Positions 1-8,821 of a DNA stretch of 64,000 nt are shown here, piece by piece. The translations under genes and the position numbers were made by a program. The notes under the pieces were generated by a model. That model was not told where the DNA came from. It did no database searches and saw only the letters and a list, made by a program, of their open reading frames with translations. Source of the DNA: Gemmatimonadota bacterium (lineage in GTDB: Bacteria; Gemmatimonadota; Gemmatimonadetes; Palauibacterales; Palauibacteraceae); the NCBI GenBank assembly GCA_039590175.1, contig JBDHFW010000006.1:23403-87402 (forward strand). Direction: 5' to 3'. The first letter of the stretch is position 1. Each line of letters opens with the position of its first letter.

Positions 1-646
1 ACCAGCGCAGCCGCTGCTCGCTCTCCTCGTGCTCGATCACCTCTCCGGCGAGCAAGACCTCGAAGCGGAGCTTTACGCCCTGGACCTGCCGGTCGAAGTC
101 GAAGCTCGTGTGCTCGAAGCAGCGGACGACGGCGTCGTCTTCCGGGCGGGTCGCGACGCGGCGCAGCCTCCACTCGCCGGGCGGCGCGGGCTCGACGCCG
201 ACGTCGTGGAGCCACGGCAGGTAGAGTGGAACCAGCACGCGGCCTCCCTCCTCCAGGTGGGCACGGAAACAGCTCAGTGCTCGCCGCGCCTTGTCGAGGT
301 CGTCGAGCAGCATGAACGATCCGAAAGGAACGAAGATCGTCCGGAATCGGCGATCGAGGGCGAACTCCTCCATCGCCGCCCGGTGCAACCTGATCCGGAT
401 TCCCGCCGCCTCGGCCTTCCATCGACAGATGCCGAGCATCTCTTCGGAGAGGTCGAGCCCCTCCACATCCAGGCCTTCGCGGGCGAAGGGAATCAGGAGC
501 CGGCCCGTGCCGCAGGCCACCTCGAGCGCCGGCTCGCCGCCATCTCGGATGGCGTCGCGGAAGAAGTCGACGTCCTCGAACCCCTCGTCGCCGAACCAGA
601 GATCGTACGAGGCCGCCGAGAGCCCGGTGTAGCTCTTCAGCGTCAT
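1..646 (-). CDS. Class I SAM-dependent methyltransferase, partial. ATG start is at 646-644; the C-terminus runs past the window start.
   Basis: Manual minus-strand translation gives MTLKSYTGLSAASYDLWFGDEGFEDVDFFRDAIRDGGEPALEVACGTGRLLIPF... with the E-x-x-CGTGR motif I. There is no stop before position 1. It is absent from the ORF track because it has no in-window stop. The 29..700 + ORF is its antisense artefact. Confidence 0.6.
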   Translation of the reverse strand, partial: MTLKSYTGLSAASYDLWFGDEGFEDVDFFRDAIRDGGEPALEVACGTGRLLIPFAREGLDVEGLDLSEEMLGICRWKAEAAGIRIRLHRAAMEEFALDRRFRTIFVPFGSFMLLDDLDKARRALSCFRAHLEEGGRVLVPLYLPWLHDVGVEPAPPGEWRLRRVATRPEDDAVVRCFEHTSFDFDRQVQGVKLRFEVLLAGEVIEHEESEQRLRW

Positions 647-1108
647 GAGGGAGAATATACGAGGATAAGAAGAAGGGCTGGCGCGGGCCGCGTCCCTTGA
701 GCGGGGAGGTTCCATAGTGCGACCGCGCGCTCAGCCCCAAAGCACACCCACCTGAGGGGTAGACGACGTCACGGCACGGGAGGTTACAGGCGGCCCGAGG
801 CGAGCCGTGCAACGGACTCGTCTACACGAGTGACATCATCACCGGTTTGTATGTGTGGTGGCCAGCTATTCCTTGCGAGCCAGTTCGGCCATCGCACCCA
901 AGGCGCCGCTCGGGGGATACCATTCGTAGTCCAGCGTACCGGCGGCTGCGTTATGAATGAGACGGACGCGGCCACCTTGAACGCATCCACTGCCATACGT
1001 GAGAAACTCGTCCAGCACATAGCTGCCGCCGCTTGCTTCGCGCCATCCGAGTCAGCCCTGCAGACGTCGAACACGGCCTGGTTCTTTTAGGCCCTGAGCC
1101 CGCGCTTC

Positions 1109-1950
1109 CTACGGTGTCACCGTGATGTCGATGTCTAGATCGATATCGACGCATGGTGAAGAGGCGTCGGGTAGGTCGATGTTCTTCGGATCCTCGGGGT
1201 CCCCACCGTAACACACGAATTGATGCCCGACATACAGATGGGCCTGACTGGCCGTGAAGCGCCTGGAACCGTCGTCTTGAACCTCCACCCGCGCATCTTG
1301 GAAGAGGAACTCGAATCTTGTCGCCGTTGGTGAGATCCTTCACGAAGTTCTGCGCGTTGGGAGCGAAGGCTCCCGTGGCAGAGTAGGTGACCCGGCCATT
1401 CTTCTTCACCGAGAAATCAAACGACGGGATCTTCGGGAACGGGCATTCGTTTCCTTGCGCTTGACCTTCCTCTAGCGGCTGTCCCCAGCACGTCTCTTCA
1501 ATGTCCAGCAGGTCCGGGAGGCGGAAAAACACCCACCCCCCTGCGGCCCATCGTCATTGCACGTCGACTGGTCGGTCAGCAGGCCTGCGGGGAGGACCAC
1601 GTTCTGCAGAGACATGTGACGCCCGTTGAGCCCATCGGCACACTGCGGGACCAGCCGGAACCGGGCGGTCACGTTATTCCCGTCGTAGTAAGCGAATACG
1701 GCGGAAGGACTGCCATCCGAAAACACTCCGGCCGTTCCCGAGCTGGATCCGACAACCTGGCGCTCAGGGTTCCCGGCTCTTCCGGGCGGCACGACGAGTG
1801 CGTTGGGTCGATGGCGCAGTTCGGCTTGGCGAACCGGGGCCCGGGCGCACCTGCTGTTGATTCGGTGGGTGACTCCGAACAGGCGAACGCCAGGCCGAGG
1901 ACCGCCACTAGCGCCGTGACGGCGCTGGACGATGCCGTGAAGGCGGCCAT
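1109..1950 (-). pseudogene. Disrupted secreted lipoprotein gene. The reading frame changes three times between a signal-peptide/lipobox N-terminus and a C-terminal stop at 1109-1111.
   Basis: Frame 0 (1950 down to about 1830) reads MAAFTASSSAVTALVAVLGLAFACSESP, a signal peptide with a lipobox. Frame 1 (about 1830-1545) reads ALVVPPGRAGNPERQVVGSSSGTAGVFSDGSPSAVFAYYDGNNVTARF...CNDDGPQGGG. Frame 2 (1545-1310) reads FFRLPDLLDIEETCWGQ...FVKDLTNGDKIR, beginning at the homopolymer cacccaccccc. Frame 1 again (1310-1109) reads FEFLFQDARVEVQDDGSRRFTASQAHLYVGHQFVCYGGDPEDPKNIDLPDASSPCVDIDLDIDITVTP then stop. All segments look protein-like and are collinear. Confidence 0.4.
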
Positions 1951-2231
1951 CGACCTGCGCTAAGCCGCGAAGAAGTGGTCCGAGCCACGACAGACCTCCG
2001 TTTTCCGGATCGGAATACTGCACCCCAACCGCGGCGTCGGCCCGAAACAGAAGCCAGCGGACGCACCGAGCCCTGTCACATTGGGCCGGTGTCCCATACC
2101 GACGTGAAGCGGCTAATAGCTATATATAAGTGTTAAACGGATGCCCGGCGTGACTTTGCGCTCAGCCGCCGCGAGACTGGGACGCCGGGCCGGCGTGGCC
2201 TCACCCCGATCATCGCGTCCGGGTCTGGGCG

Positions 2232-2480
2232 CTAGCTCTTGAACTTCTTGTAAAGCCACAGGAGCAGCAGCGCGCCGGCAACGGCGACGATGATGCTCCC
2301 GAAGTTGAAGCCGGAAACGCTCCCGATCCCGATGAACGAGGCGAGGAAGCCGCCGACCATGGCGCCGGCGATTCCCAGCAGCGTCGTGATGAAGATCCCG
2401 CCGGGGTCTTTGCCCGGCATGATCCACTTGGCGAGCGCTCCGACGATCAGGCCGAAGATCAGCCAGGAAAGGATGCCCAT
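2232..2480 (-). CDS. GlsB/YeaQ/YmgE-family transglycosylase-associated small membrane protein
   Basis: 82-aa ORF MGILSWLIFGLIVGALAKWIMPGKDPGGIFITTLLGIAGAMVGGFLASFIG... with two Gly-rich TM helices typical of this family. Confidence 0.85.
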   Translation of the reverse strand: MGILSWLIFGLIVGALAKWIMPGKDPGGIFITTLLGIAGAMVGGFLASFIGIGSVSGFNFGSIIVAVAGALLLLWLYKKFKS

Positions 2481-2726
2481 TTCGATTCCTCCTTGTGACG
2501 CCCGGAACGGAGTCGGACGTTCATGACAGCACTATTCGGAATCCATTACGGAGTGGCAAGCGCTAGAGTTTCGGGTCGCGGGCCATTAAGAAGAGGGATC
2601 GAACGTCTCCCTGGGGGTCTCAGCCAACGCTGCCTACCGGGAGTGGAGTCTTTCCCCGAGCCGGCCAGCCACAGATCTTGCGAGGGGTCGATTCGGAGTA
2701 CGGGCCCCTTCCAGGGATAGAGCTTG

Positions 2727-3941
2727 ATGTCTGGAGCTTCACGATACCAACCGCCCGAGCAGATCCGCTGGTCGGAGATCGGGGACTCCGTCGTCATCCT
2801 CGATCAGACCGAGCTGCCCGCCCGTCGGGTCGAGAAGGAGTTGCGGACGGTCGCTGACGTCGAGGAGGCGATCCAGAGCCTCAGGGTCCGCGGCGCGCCG
2901 CTGATCGGTATCACCGCCGCCATGGGGATCGGCGCTCTGGCGCGCCAGGCGGTGCTCCAAGCCCAGGCCGCGGGCGACGCGCTCGACGCCGAGGACCTCC
3001 GAGAGCGCCTGCGAGGTTGGTGCGACCGGCTCGAGCAGGCCCGACCCACCGCCGTCAACCTGGTGTGGGCGATCGAGCGTCTCCGCCGAACGGCCGGCAT
3101 CGTGGAGAAGCCGGACGGAGCCGCAGGTGCCGCGTTCGCCGCGGCGCCTGCCATCTCCACCAGCGCATCCGCCGCCGCGCTTTCCGACCGGCTGCGGGCC
3201 GAGGCGGACGACATCCTCGAGGAAGACCGGAGGATGTGCCGCGGGATCGGGGAACACGCCGCCGAGCTCCTCCGCGACGGAAGCACGGTTATCACCCACT
3301 GCAACGCGGGAGCGCTTGCCACCGGAGGGATCGGCACGGCGTTGGCTCCGGTCTACGTGGCCACCGAGCAGGGGAAGAAGGTGAGCGTCTACGCCGATGA
3401 GACCCGGCCGCTGCTCCAGGGAAGCCGAATCACGGCATGGGAGCTCGGCGAGGCGGGGGTGGACGTCACGGTGATCGCCGACAACATGGCGGCGGCCCTC
3501 TTCGCGATTGATCCGCCGGACATCGTCTTCGTGGGCTCCGACCGCATCGCGGCCAACGGCGATGTGGCCAACAAGATCGGCACCTACGGCCTGGCGGTGC
3601 TCGCCAAGCATCACGGGGTCCCATTCTATGTCTTGGCCCCTACCTCAACCGTCGACCTCGGCACGGCGACAGGCGCCGACATCCCGATCGAGCAACGTAG
3701 CGCGGACGAGATCCGGCTGGGCTTCGGAAAGCTCACCGCCCCGGCGGAGGCTCCCGTCTGGAGCCCGGCCTTCGATGTGACGCCGTGCGATCTGGTGGCC
3801 GGGATCGTAACCGAGCAGGGCATCCATCGACCTCCCTACCTGGATTCGCTCGCGGAAGCCGTCGTGACTGCCGAGCGCGTACGTGCGGAGCGCGGCGGCG
3901 CCTCGGCGCTCTCGGCCGAAGCGGCGGAGGAGAGACCATGA
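2727..3941 (+). CDS. mtnA: S-methyl-5-thioribose-1-phosphate isomerase (eIF-2B alpha/beta/delta-like family)
   Basis: 405-aa ORF with IRWSEIGDSVVILDQTELP, GAPLIGITAAMG, VITHCNAGALATGGIGTAL and IAANGDVANKIGTYGLAVLAKHHGVPFYV. The track start 2724 is TTG; ATG follows at 2727. Confidence 0.85.
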   Translation: MSGASRYQPPEQIRWSEIGDSVVILDQTELPARRVEKELRTVADVEEAIQSLRVRGAPLIGITAAMGIGALARQAVLQAQAAGDALDAEDLRERLRGWCDRLEQARPTAVNLVWAIERLRRTAGIVEKPDGAAGAAFAAAPAISTSASAAALSDRLRAEADDILEEDRRMCRGIGEHAAELLRDGSTVITHCNAGALATGGIGTALAPVYVATEQGKKVSVYADETRPLLQGSRITAWELGEAGVDVTVIADNMAAALFAIDPPDIVFVGSDRIAANGDVANKIGTYGLAVLAKHHGVPFYVLAPTSTVDLGTATGADIPIEQRSADEIRLGFGKLTAPAEAPVWSPAFDVTPCDLVAGIVTEQGIHRPPYLDSLAEAVVTAERVRAERGGASALSAEAAEERP

Positions 3942-4462
3942 GCCCTGGCAACGGCTCCGGCAACGGCTCGGGTGACGGCCATACCAATGGCTCGGGCAAC
4001 GGGTTTTTCGACCCCCACGCTCACGAGTTGCCCGATTTCAGTGACTCGTCCGCCAACATCGAGGACGGTCCGGCCATCGAGACCGGCGAGATGCGGATCA
4101 CGGTGCGCACCGAGTACGCGGAAAGCCAGTCCAACCCTCATCGATGGCGCTACGTGTTCGTCTACCACATCAGGGTCGAGAACGTGGGAAAGGAATCGGC
4201 GCAGCTCTTCTGGCGCCATTGGCACATTCACGACCCGGTCGCCGGAGAACACGAGGTGGAAGGCGAAGGCGTCATCGGCGAGACGCCGCTGCTGGATCCC
4301 GGCGACGTGTTCGAGTACAACAGCTTCTGCGTGCTGCACGGACCGATGGGCCACATGGAGGGCTTCTACCACTTCCGACGCCGGGACGGCTCCGTCTTTC
4401 GCGCCCCGATCCCTCGGTTTTTCATGCAGGCGCCGCCGGGAGCCGGCTCCCACCTGGCCTGA
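3938..4462 (+). CDS. apaG: ApaG (DUF525) protein
   Basis: ITVRTEYAESQSNPHRWRYVFVYHIRVENVGKESAQLFWRHWHIHDPVAGEHEVEGEGVIGETPLLDPGDVFEYNSFCVL matches the ApaG fold consensus. The ATG at 3938 overlaps the mtnA stop (ATGA). Confidence 0.85.
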   Translation: MSPGNGSGNGSGDGHTNGSGNGFFDPHAHELPDFSDSSANIEDGPAIETGEMRITVRTEYAESQSNPHRWRYVFVYHIRVENVGKESAQLFWRHWHIHDPVAGEHEVEGEGVIGETPLLDPGDVFEYNSFCVLHGPMGHMEGFYHFRRRDGSVFRAPIPRFFMQAPPGAGSHLA

Positions 4463-4463
4463 G

Positions 4464-5076
4464 CTACTCTCTGTCCCGCTGGCTCGCCTGCTCGAGCAAG
4501 GCCAGCAGACCCAGGGCCGGCTGTTTGACCTGCGCGTGGCGGAGCAGGTCCCAGTGCTCCTCGATGTAGCCGCGCAGGAACGAAATGACGTGGCCCAGCG
4601 AGATCGCCTTGAAACCCCGGACCTTCTTCGGGTCGATCACCGAGCCGAAGGCGAGCATGCGGATTCTCGGCCCCGAGGGGATGTCGGCACTGCCCTTCCT
4701 TCGCAGCCGATCGATCGCTTTCGAAAGATGCGCCTCCGGACAGAAGCCCCATCGACGCAGGACGGCATCGAGAACCTCGCGGCTGCGCGCTCCCGGGTTC
4801 AACTCCGCCCTTCCCTCCTTCACCTCGATGATCAAGAGATCGGGTCGCTTGTCCTGTGTCTCGAGCGCCGGGTCGGGCTCGAATCCCTCGTCGATCTCCT
4901 CATCCCTGATCGGCCGCGGACCGCCGGCATGGGGGAGGCGCAACGCCAGTAGATCGATATCCGTCGCGGTTTTGTACCCGCCTTCGCTCAGTGCTTCGAG
5001 CACCTGGTACTCGGTCACCGTGAAGTATCCGTTGATGTGCAGATAGGCCTGCACGAGGGCTACGGCGTGATCCACT
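4464..5076 (-). CDS. Hypothetical protein with a PD-(D/E)xK nuclease-like motif. The start is uncertain; GTG at 5076 is proposed.
   Basis: The protein-like part is VDHAVALVQAYLHINGYFTVTEYQVLEALSEGGYKTATDIDLLALRL...KRPDLLIIEVKEGRAEL. TDID ... DLLIIEVK fits D-x(n)-(D/E)-x-K. The upstream part of the 348-aa track ORF is low-complexity and overlaps the repeat-bearing intergenic region. Confidence 0.45.
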
Positions 5077-5166
5077 ACGTCTCCGCTTGGCTGTCTGGCT
5101 GCAAGTTGCGACCCCGAGTTGTGGAATGTATGCGTCCGGAGGCGTCTCGTTTCAACGCGATGAGAT

Positions 5167-5213
5167 GGTACCGAGTCCGGTACCCTGCCTTGGTTCCATA
5201 TGTGGTACCATAT
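5167..5213. promoter_or_regulatory. Four GGTACC/GGTTCC direct repeats at roughly 12-bp periodicity in a divergent intergenic region
   Basis: GGTACCgagtccGGTACCctgccttGGTTCCatatgtGGTACCatat at 5167, 5179, 5192 and 5204. Lies between the minus gene ending at 5076 and the nnrE-like gene starting at 5238. Confidence 0.3.
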
Positions 5214-5237
5214 CGGCCGATCGAAACGGGAGGATAG

Positions 5238-5978
5238 ATGCAGAGAGACGTAGCCCGGCAACCGTCGAGAGAGCTCCCCCACCTGACCACCGAGCAGATG
5301 CGCGAGGTGGACCGTCTGATGGTGGAGAAGTTCGGGATCGAGCTCGTGCAGATGATGGAGAACGCCGGCCGCCACCTGGCCGCCTTGGCCCGCGACCGGT
5401 TCCTGGACGGCGATCCGACGGGCCGAGATGTCGTCCTCCTGGCGGGGAGTGGAGGAAACGGTGGGGGCGGGCTCGTAGCGGCCCGCCGGCTCCACGCGTG
5501 GGGAGGTCACGTTCGCGTCCTTCTATCCAGGCCTTCCCGGGAATACCGGGGAGTTCCGGCCCACCAGCTGGCGATCCTCCGTGAGCTCGACGTCAGGTGC
5601 GACCATCAGGAGGATCCGCTTCCGGTCTCGGGCGCGGACCTCCTGATCGACGCGCTCATCGGCTACAGTCTGCGCGGTGACCCCAGGGGAGCGGCCGCGA
5701 GCCTCATTCGTGGGGCCAACGAGTCCACCGCGCCGGTGCTGAGCCTGGACCTCCCGTCGGGTCTCGACGCCACGACCGGGGACGTGAAGGACCCCGCCGT
5801 CCTAGCCGACGCGACGCTCACCCTCGCCCTCCCGAAAGCGGGCCTTCGCTCGGCAGCCAGCTGCGCCGGCGAGCTTTATCTAGCCGACATCGGCGTGCCG
5901 TCGGAGCTGTATGCCGAGCCGACCCTGGGACTCCAAGTGGGCCCGATCTTCGCCCGTCAGGAGATCCTGAGGCTCTGA
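5238..5978 (+). CDS. nnrE: NAD(P)H-hydrate epimerase (YjeF N-terminal domain protein)
   Basis: 246 aa. LTTEQMREVDRLMVEKFGIELVQMMENAGRHLA...DVVLLAGSGGNGGGGLVAARRLHAWGGHVRVLL is the YjeF_N signature. Confidence 0.75.
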   Translation: MQRDVARQPSRELPHLTTEQMREVDRLMVEKFGIELVQMMENAGRHLAALARDRFLDGDPTGRDVVLLAGSGGNGGGGLVAARRLHAWGGHVRVLLSRPSREYRGVPAHQLAILRELDVRCDHQEDPLPVSGADLLIDALIGYSLRGDPRGAAASLIRGANESTAPVLSLDLPSGLDATTGDVKDPAVLADATLTLALPKAGLRSAASCAGELYLADIGVPSELYAEPTLGLQVGPIFARQEILRL

Positions 5979-6028
5979 TCCTTCCTGCCATGTGACCGCG
6001 GGCGCATTGGGGAAGTCAACACTAAGGG

Positions 6029-7408
6029 ATGGCGCGTCCAAGCGTGCCCTATGAGCGGGGATCCGATCGACGGGAGGAGTCCATGCCGGAGGGGCCCAGA
6101 CACCGCGGACCTCACTTTCGCCGCGCGGGGACCGGACTGCTGGCGCTGTTGGCGCTCGCTGCGGCCGTCCAATCCTGGAACCACTTCAGTGCCGGGGCGG
6201 TGCCACGCAGCAACGTGGCTCGTCGCGTGGCGGACCTGGCAGACGTTGACGATCCGGCGTCCGGGCCGAGACTGGCCCTGGCGGAGGCGGATCTCGCGTC
6301 GCTCGAGTTCACGGACGTGCGCGTCGCCGAAGCCGACGCGGCCCCCGAGAGCAGACCTTCTCCTCCCGCGGAACAGACCTCCAGCGAAGAGGCCTCGGTG
6401 GATATCGAGCCCACGCCGGAGCTGTCGATGGCGCAAGCCGCACCCGAGATGGCGGTCAGCCCCGTTGACCCGGGAGAAGCGGACATCGGATCGGCGGTCG
6501 AGGACCCGCGACCGGAGGGAGAGGGATTTTCCGGTACGCTAGTCGGCGCATCGGGAGATGGCAGCCAAGGGCCGCTGAGCGGTATCGGCGGCAGCCTGGG
6601 GCCGCTGATCGGAATCATAGGTGGCATCGCCCTCGGAGGCGGATCAGGACCCGGCCCGTTCATCGTCCTGGGTGGAGGTAGCGGCTGCGAGGGCACCTCG
6701 GGCATCCAGCTGCCCGGCCCAATCGCCGCGGGGCCCCGCAGGGGCGGGTTTGTCGAGGAAGGCCCGGGGCCGCTGGGAGGCAACCCGACCGCCGGGGCGC
6801 CGACGATCAGGATCCCGACGACCGTGCCCGCCGATCCGTCGGGCGTCATCGCTTCCGGAGGACGCGGCCTTGTCCCCGAAGCTCCGGACCTGGGCCGGAC
6901 GAACGACAGCGATTTCGGCAGCGGCGGGACGTCGTTCGTGACCGGTAGACCAGCCGGGAGCACGCCGGCCACCGGCGCCGCCATCACGCGCGTCATCGAG
7001 GAAGCGTCGAGATCGTTCGGGACCCGCAGGAGTCGAAGCTCCTTCAGCAGGCCCGAGGCGCGGCAGCTTCAAGGCCCGAGGGCGACGGCAGCGAATCCGG
7101 CGCCGGCCACGATTCGCGAGAGAGTGCAACGGGCCCTGGTACGGCCGACCGAGTCACGGGCGGCGCGACCGTCGGCAACCCGTCGGCTGCAACCGACAGT
7201 GAGGACGACGCCGACGCGTTCTACTTCGCGGGCAGCTCAGGTGCGACCGAGCACTCCGAACCGAGCCACTCGCGTGGCAAGGCCGGCCGCACGACAGACC
7301 GGCGCAAGCGCGTCGGCCGCTTCGGCGGCTCGCCGAGCGGTACAAGCACGAGCTTCAGCGGCGGCGCGACCGACACGCGCGCTGCCGACTCGTCGTTCCA
7401 AGCAGTAG
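6029..7408 (+). CDS. Hypothetical membrane-anchored Gly/Pro-rich protein with a basic Ala/Arg/Thr-rich tail; paralog A of a tandem pair
   Basis: N-terminal TM segment GLLALLALAAAVQSW. Shares the motif DVRVAEADAAPE and the Gly-rich block GPLIGIIGGIALGGGSGPGPFIVLGGGSGCEGTSGIQLPGP with the downstream gene. The tail is low-complexity. The start may be the internal M at 6083. Confidence 0.5.
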   Translation: MARPSVPYERGSDRREESMPEGPRHRGPHFRRAGTGLLALLALAAAVQSWNHFSAGAVPRSNVARRVADLADVDDPASGPRLALAEADLASLEFTDVRVAEADAAPESRPSPPAEQTSSEEASVDIEPTPELSMAQAAPEMAVSPVDPGEADIGSAVEDPRPEGEGFSGTLVGASGDGSQGPLSGIGGSLGPLIGIIGGIALGGGSGPGPFIVLGGGSGCEGTSGIQLPGPIAAGPRRGGFVEEGPGPLGGNPTAGAPTIRIPTTVPADPSGVIASGGRGLVPEAPDLGRTNDSDFGSGGTSFVTGRPAGSTPATGAAITRVIEEASRSFGTRRSRSSFSRPEARQLQGPRATAANPAPATIRERVQRALVRPTESRAARPSATRRLQPTVRTTPTRSTSRAAQVRPSTPNRATRVARPAARQTGASASAASAARRAVQARASAAARPTRALPTRRSKQ

Positions 7409-7433
7409 AGGCGAGCCGGCGGTGAGCCGGCCC

Positions 7434-7524
7434 GGAACTGGCATCGGGCGTCGGGAACTGGCATCGCGAAGCTCCGTTTACTAGTGTGACGCAACTGGGT
7501 GTTCCTTCGTCAGAGTAGTGTGAC
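7434..7524. repeat. Two pairs of direct repeats in the spacer between paralogs A and B
   Basis: GGAACTGGCATCG occurs at 7434 and 7454. TAGTGTGAC occurs at 7482 and 7516. Confidence 0.3.
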
Positions 7525-7566
7525 TGGCGCCGAGCGGGGAAACGCCTTGTATGGAGGAAGAGGCTG

Positions 7567-8169
7567 ATGAGCGATGGGGCTGGATACGACCGGGTCTACC
7601 GGCGCGTGCTCGGGATCGGACTTCTCGTCTCCCTTGTGGTGCACGGGGCGATCCTGGCGTGGGGCCGGCTGAACGTGACACCCGCCGCCTCGGACAACCG
7701 GGCAGAGCCCACGACGCAACTCGCGCTGGCTTTTGTGGATGAGGAGCCTGTCGAGCTCATCGACGTGCGCGTAGCCGAAGCCGACGTGGTCGCCGAAACG
7801 GCGCCGGCGCCGGAAAGCGAGACATCGACGGTCGAGGCCAGTCTGGACCTCGAGCCGCCCAAGCTCGCCATGGCACTCGAGGGCTCAATGATCGCGGTCA
7901 GCCTCGTCGAGGCCGACGATTCGGACGTCGGGGACGCCATCGAGTACGACCGTCTCGGCGCTGCCGTGGCGGCGGCGAACCGTGGCGGAAACGACCACGA
8001 TTTCGAGCGCTTGGGCGGATTCCGGATCCCCGAGGGTTCGGGTGGACGAGGCCCGCTGATCATCGGTGGCGGCGGAAGCGGCTGCCAGGGACCGAACGTG
8101 CGGCTGCCCGGCAGGCGAATCGGCGGCGGTACCAGCTACGGGATCGGATCGCCCTACACCCTGCCCTGA
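7567..8169 (+). CDS. Hypothetical membrane-anchored Gly-rich protein; paralog B of the tandem pair
   Basis: TM segment VLGIGLLVSLVVHGAILAW. Carries ELIDVRVAEADVVAETAPAPES and GPLIIGGGGSGCQGPNVRLPGRRIGGG, which match paralog A. Confidence 0.55.
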   Translation: MSDGAGYDRVYRRVLGIGLLVSLVVHGAILAWGRLNVTPAASDNRAEPTTQLALAFVDEEPVELIDVRVAEADVVAETAPAPESETSTVEASLDLEPPKLAMALEGSMIAVSLVEADDSDVGDAIEYDRLGAAVAAANRGGNDHDFERLGGFRIPEGSGGRGPLIIGGGGSGCQGPNVRLPGRRIGGGTSYGIGSPYTLP

Positions 8170-8268
8170 GCCTCGAGTCTCATCGCCTTCGCGGCCCCGG
8201 TTTCCTCGGCGTGACGCCGCTGACCGGGGCCGTTTTGCATCTGCCGACTCTACCAACTCTGGCGGCGA

Positions 8269-8697
8269 TCAGCGGCGAGCCCCGAGGCTCTCCAGCAGCC
8301 CCGACACCTCCCTCTCGATTCGATCGCGCACGTTCCTGAACTCCGGAAGCGGCATCTCCTTGGGATCGGGGATCTCCCATTCCTCGCGGCGGCGGGCGGG
8401 AACGAACGGACAGTCATCTCCGCATCCCATCGAGACGACGACGTCGAACGAAACCGCCAGCACCTCACCGATGGCCTTCGATCGATGGGTGCTCAAATCG
8501 TAACCGACCTCGTCCATGACGCGGATCGCCCTCGGGTTGACCACGCCGGAGGGCCGCGAGCCGGCGCTGAACGCTTCAGTACCCTGCGCGCCGTGCGCCC
8601 GGGCGAAGGCCTCGGCCATCTGGCTGCGACAGGAGTTCTCGAAACAGATGAACAGCAACCGGACCGGATCGCCCTCCGCTCGGGCATCTTTCGTCAT
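8269..8697 (-). CDS. Arsenate reductase / low-molecular-weight protein tyrosine phosphatase family protein
   Basis: VRLLFICFENSCRSQMAEAFARAHG is the CX5R P-loop. Downstream cysteines sit in VVSMGCGDDCPFVP, as in thioredoxin-coupled ArsC. Confidence 0.8.
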   Translation of the reverse strand: MTKDARAEGDPVRLLFICFENSCRSQMAEAFARAHGAQGTEAFSAGSRPSGVVNPRAIRVMDEVGYDLSTHRSKAIGEVLAVSFDVVVSMGCGDDCPFVPARRREEWEIPDPKEMPLPEFRNVRDRIEREVSGLLESLGARR

Positions 8698-8821
8698 TTG
8701 GCTTCCCCACCCCTCGAGTTGCCCAGGTGGCACCGGCGCTTCCAGCGGGAGCCCTCAAGCTCTAGCTTCTAGATGCGCGAGCGTCCAGGTGCAACCACGC
8801 AGTCCGCCCAGGTATCGGTAA

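Noticed and set aside
29-700. 223-aa plus-strand ORF at the window start
   Set aside because: It is antisense to a methyltransferase whose motif I (LEVACGTGR) and downstream motifs read cleanly on the minus strand.
700-1108. Small ORFs 784..1074 (minus) and 830..1090 (plus)
   Set aside because: Neither has a recognisable motif, signal peptide or convincing composition. The interval is more likely the 3' UTR and decayed tail of the disrupted lipoprotein gene.
2585-2625. tRNA-like T-loop sequence (GTTCGATCC on the minus strand)
   Set aside because: I could not build an acceptor stem, D-arm or anticodon arm around it. It is probably a chance match in the glsB-mtnA divergent promoter region.
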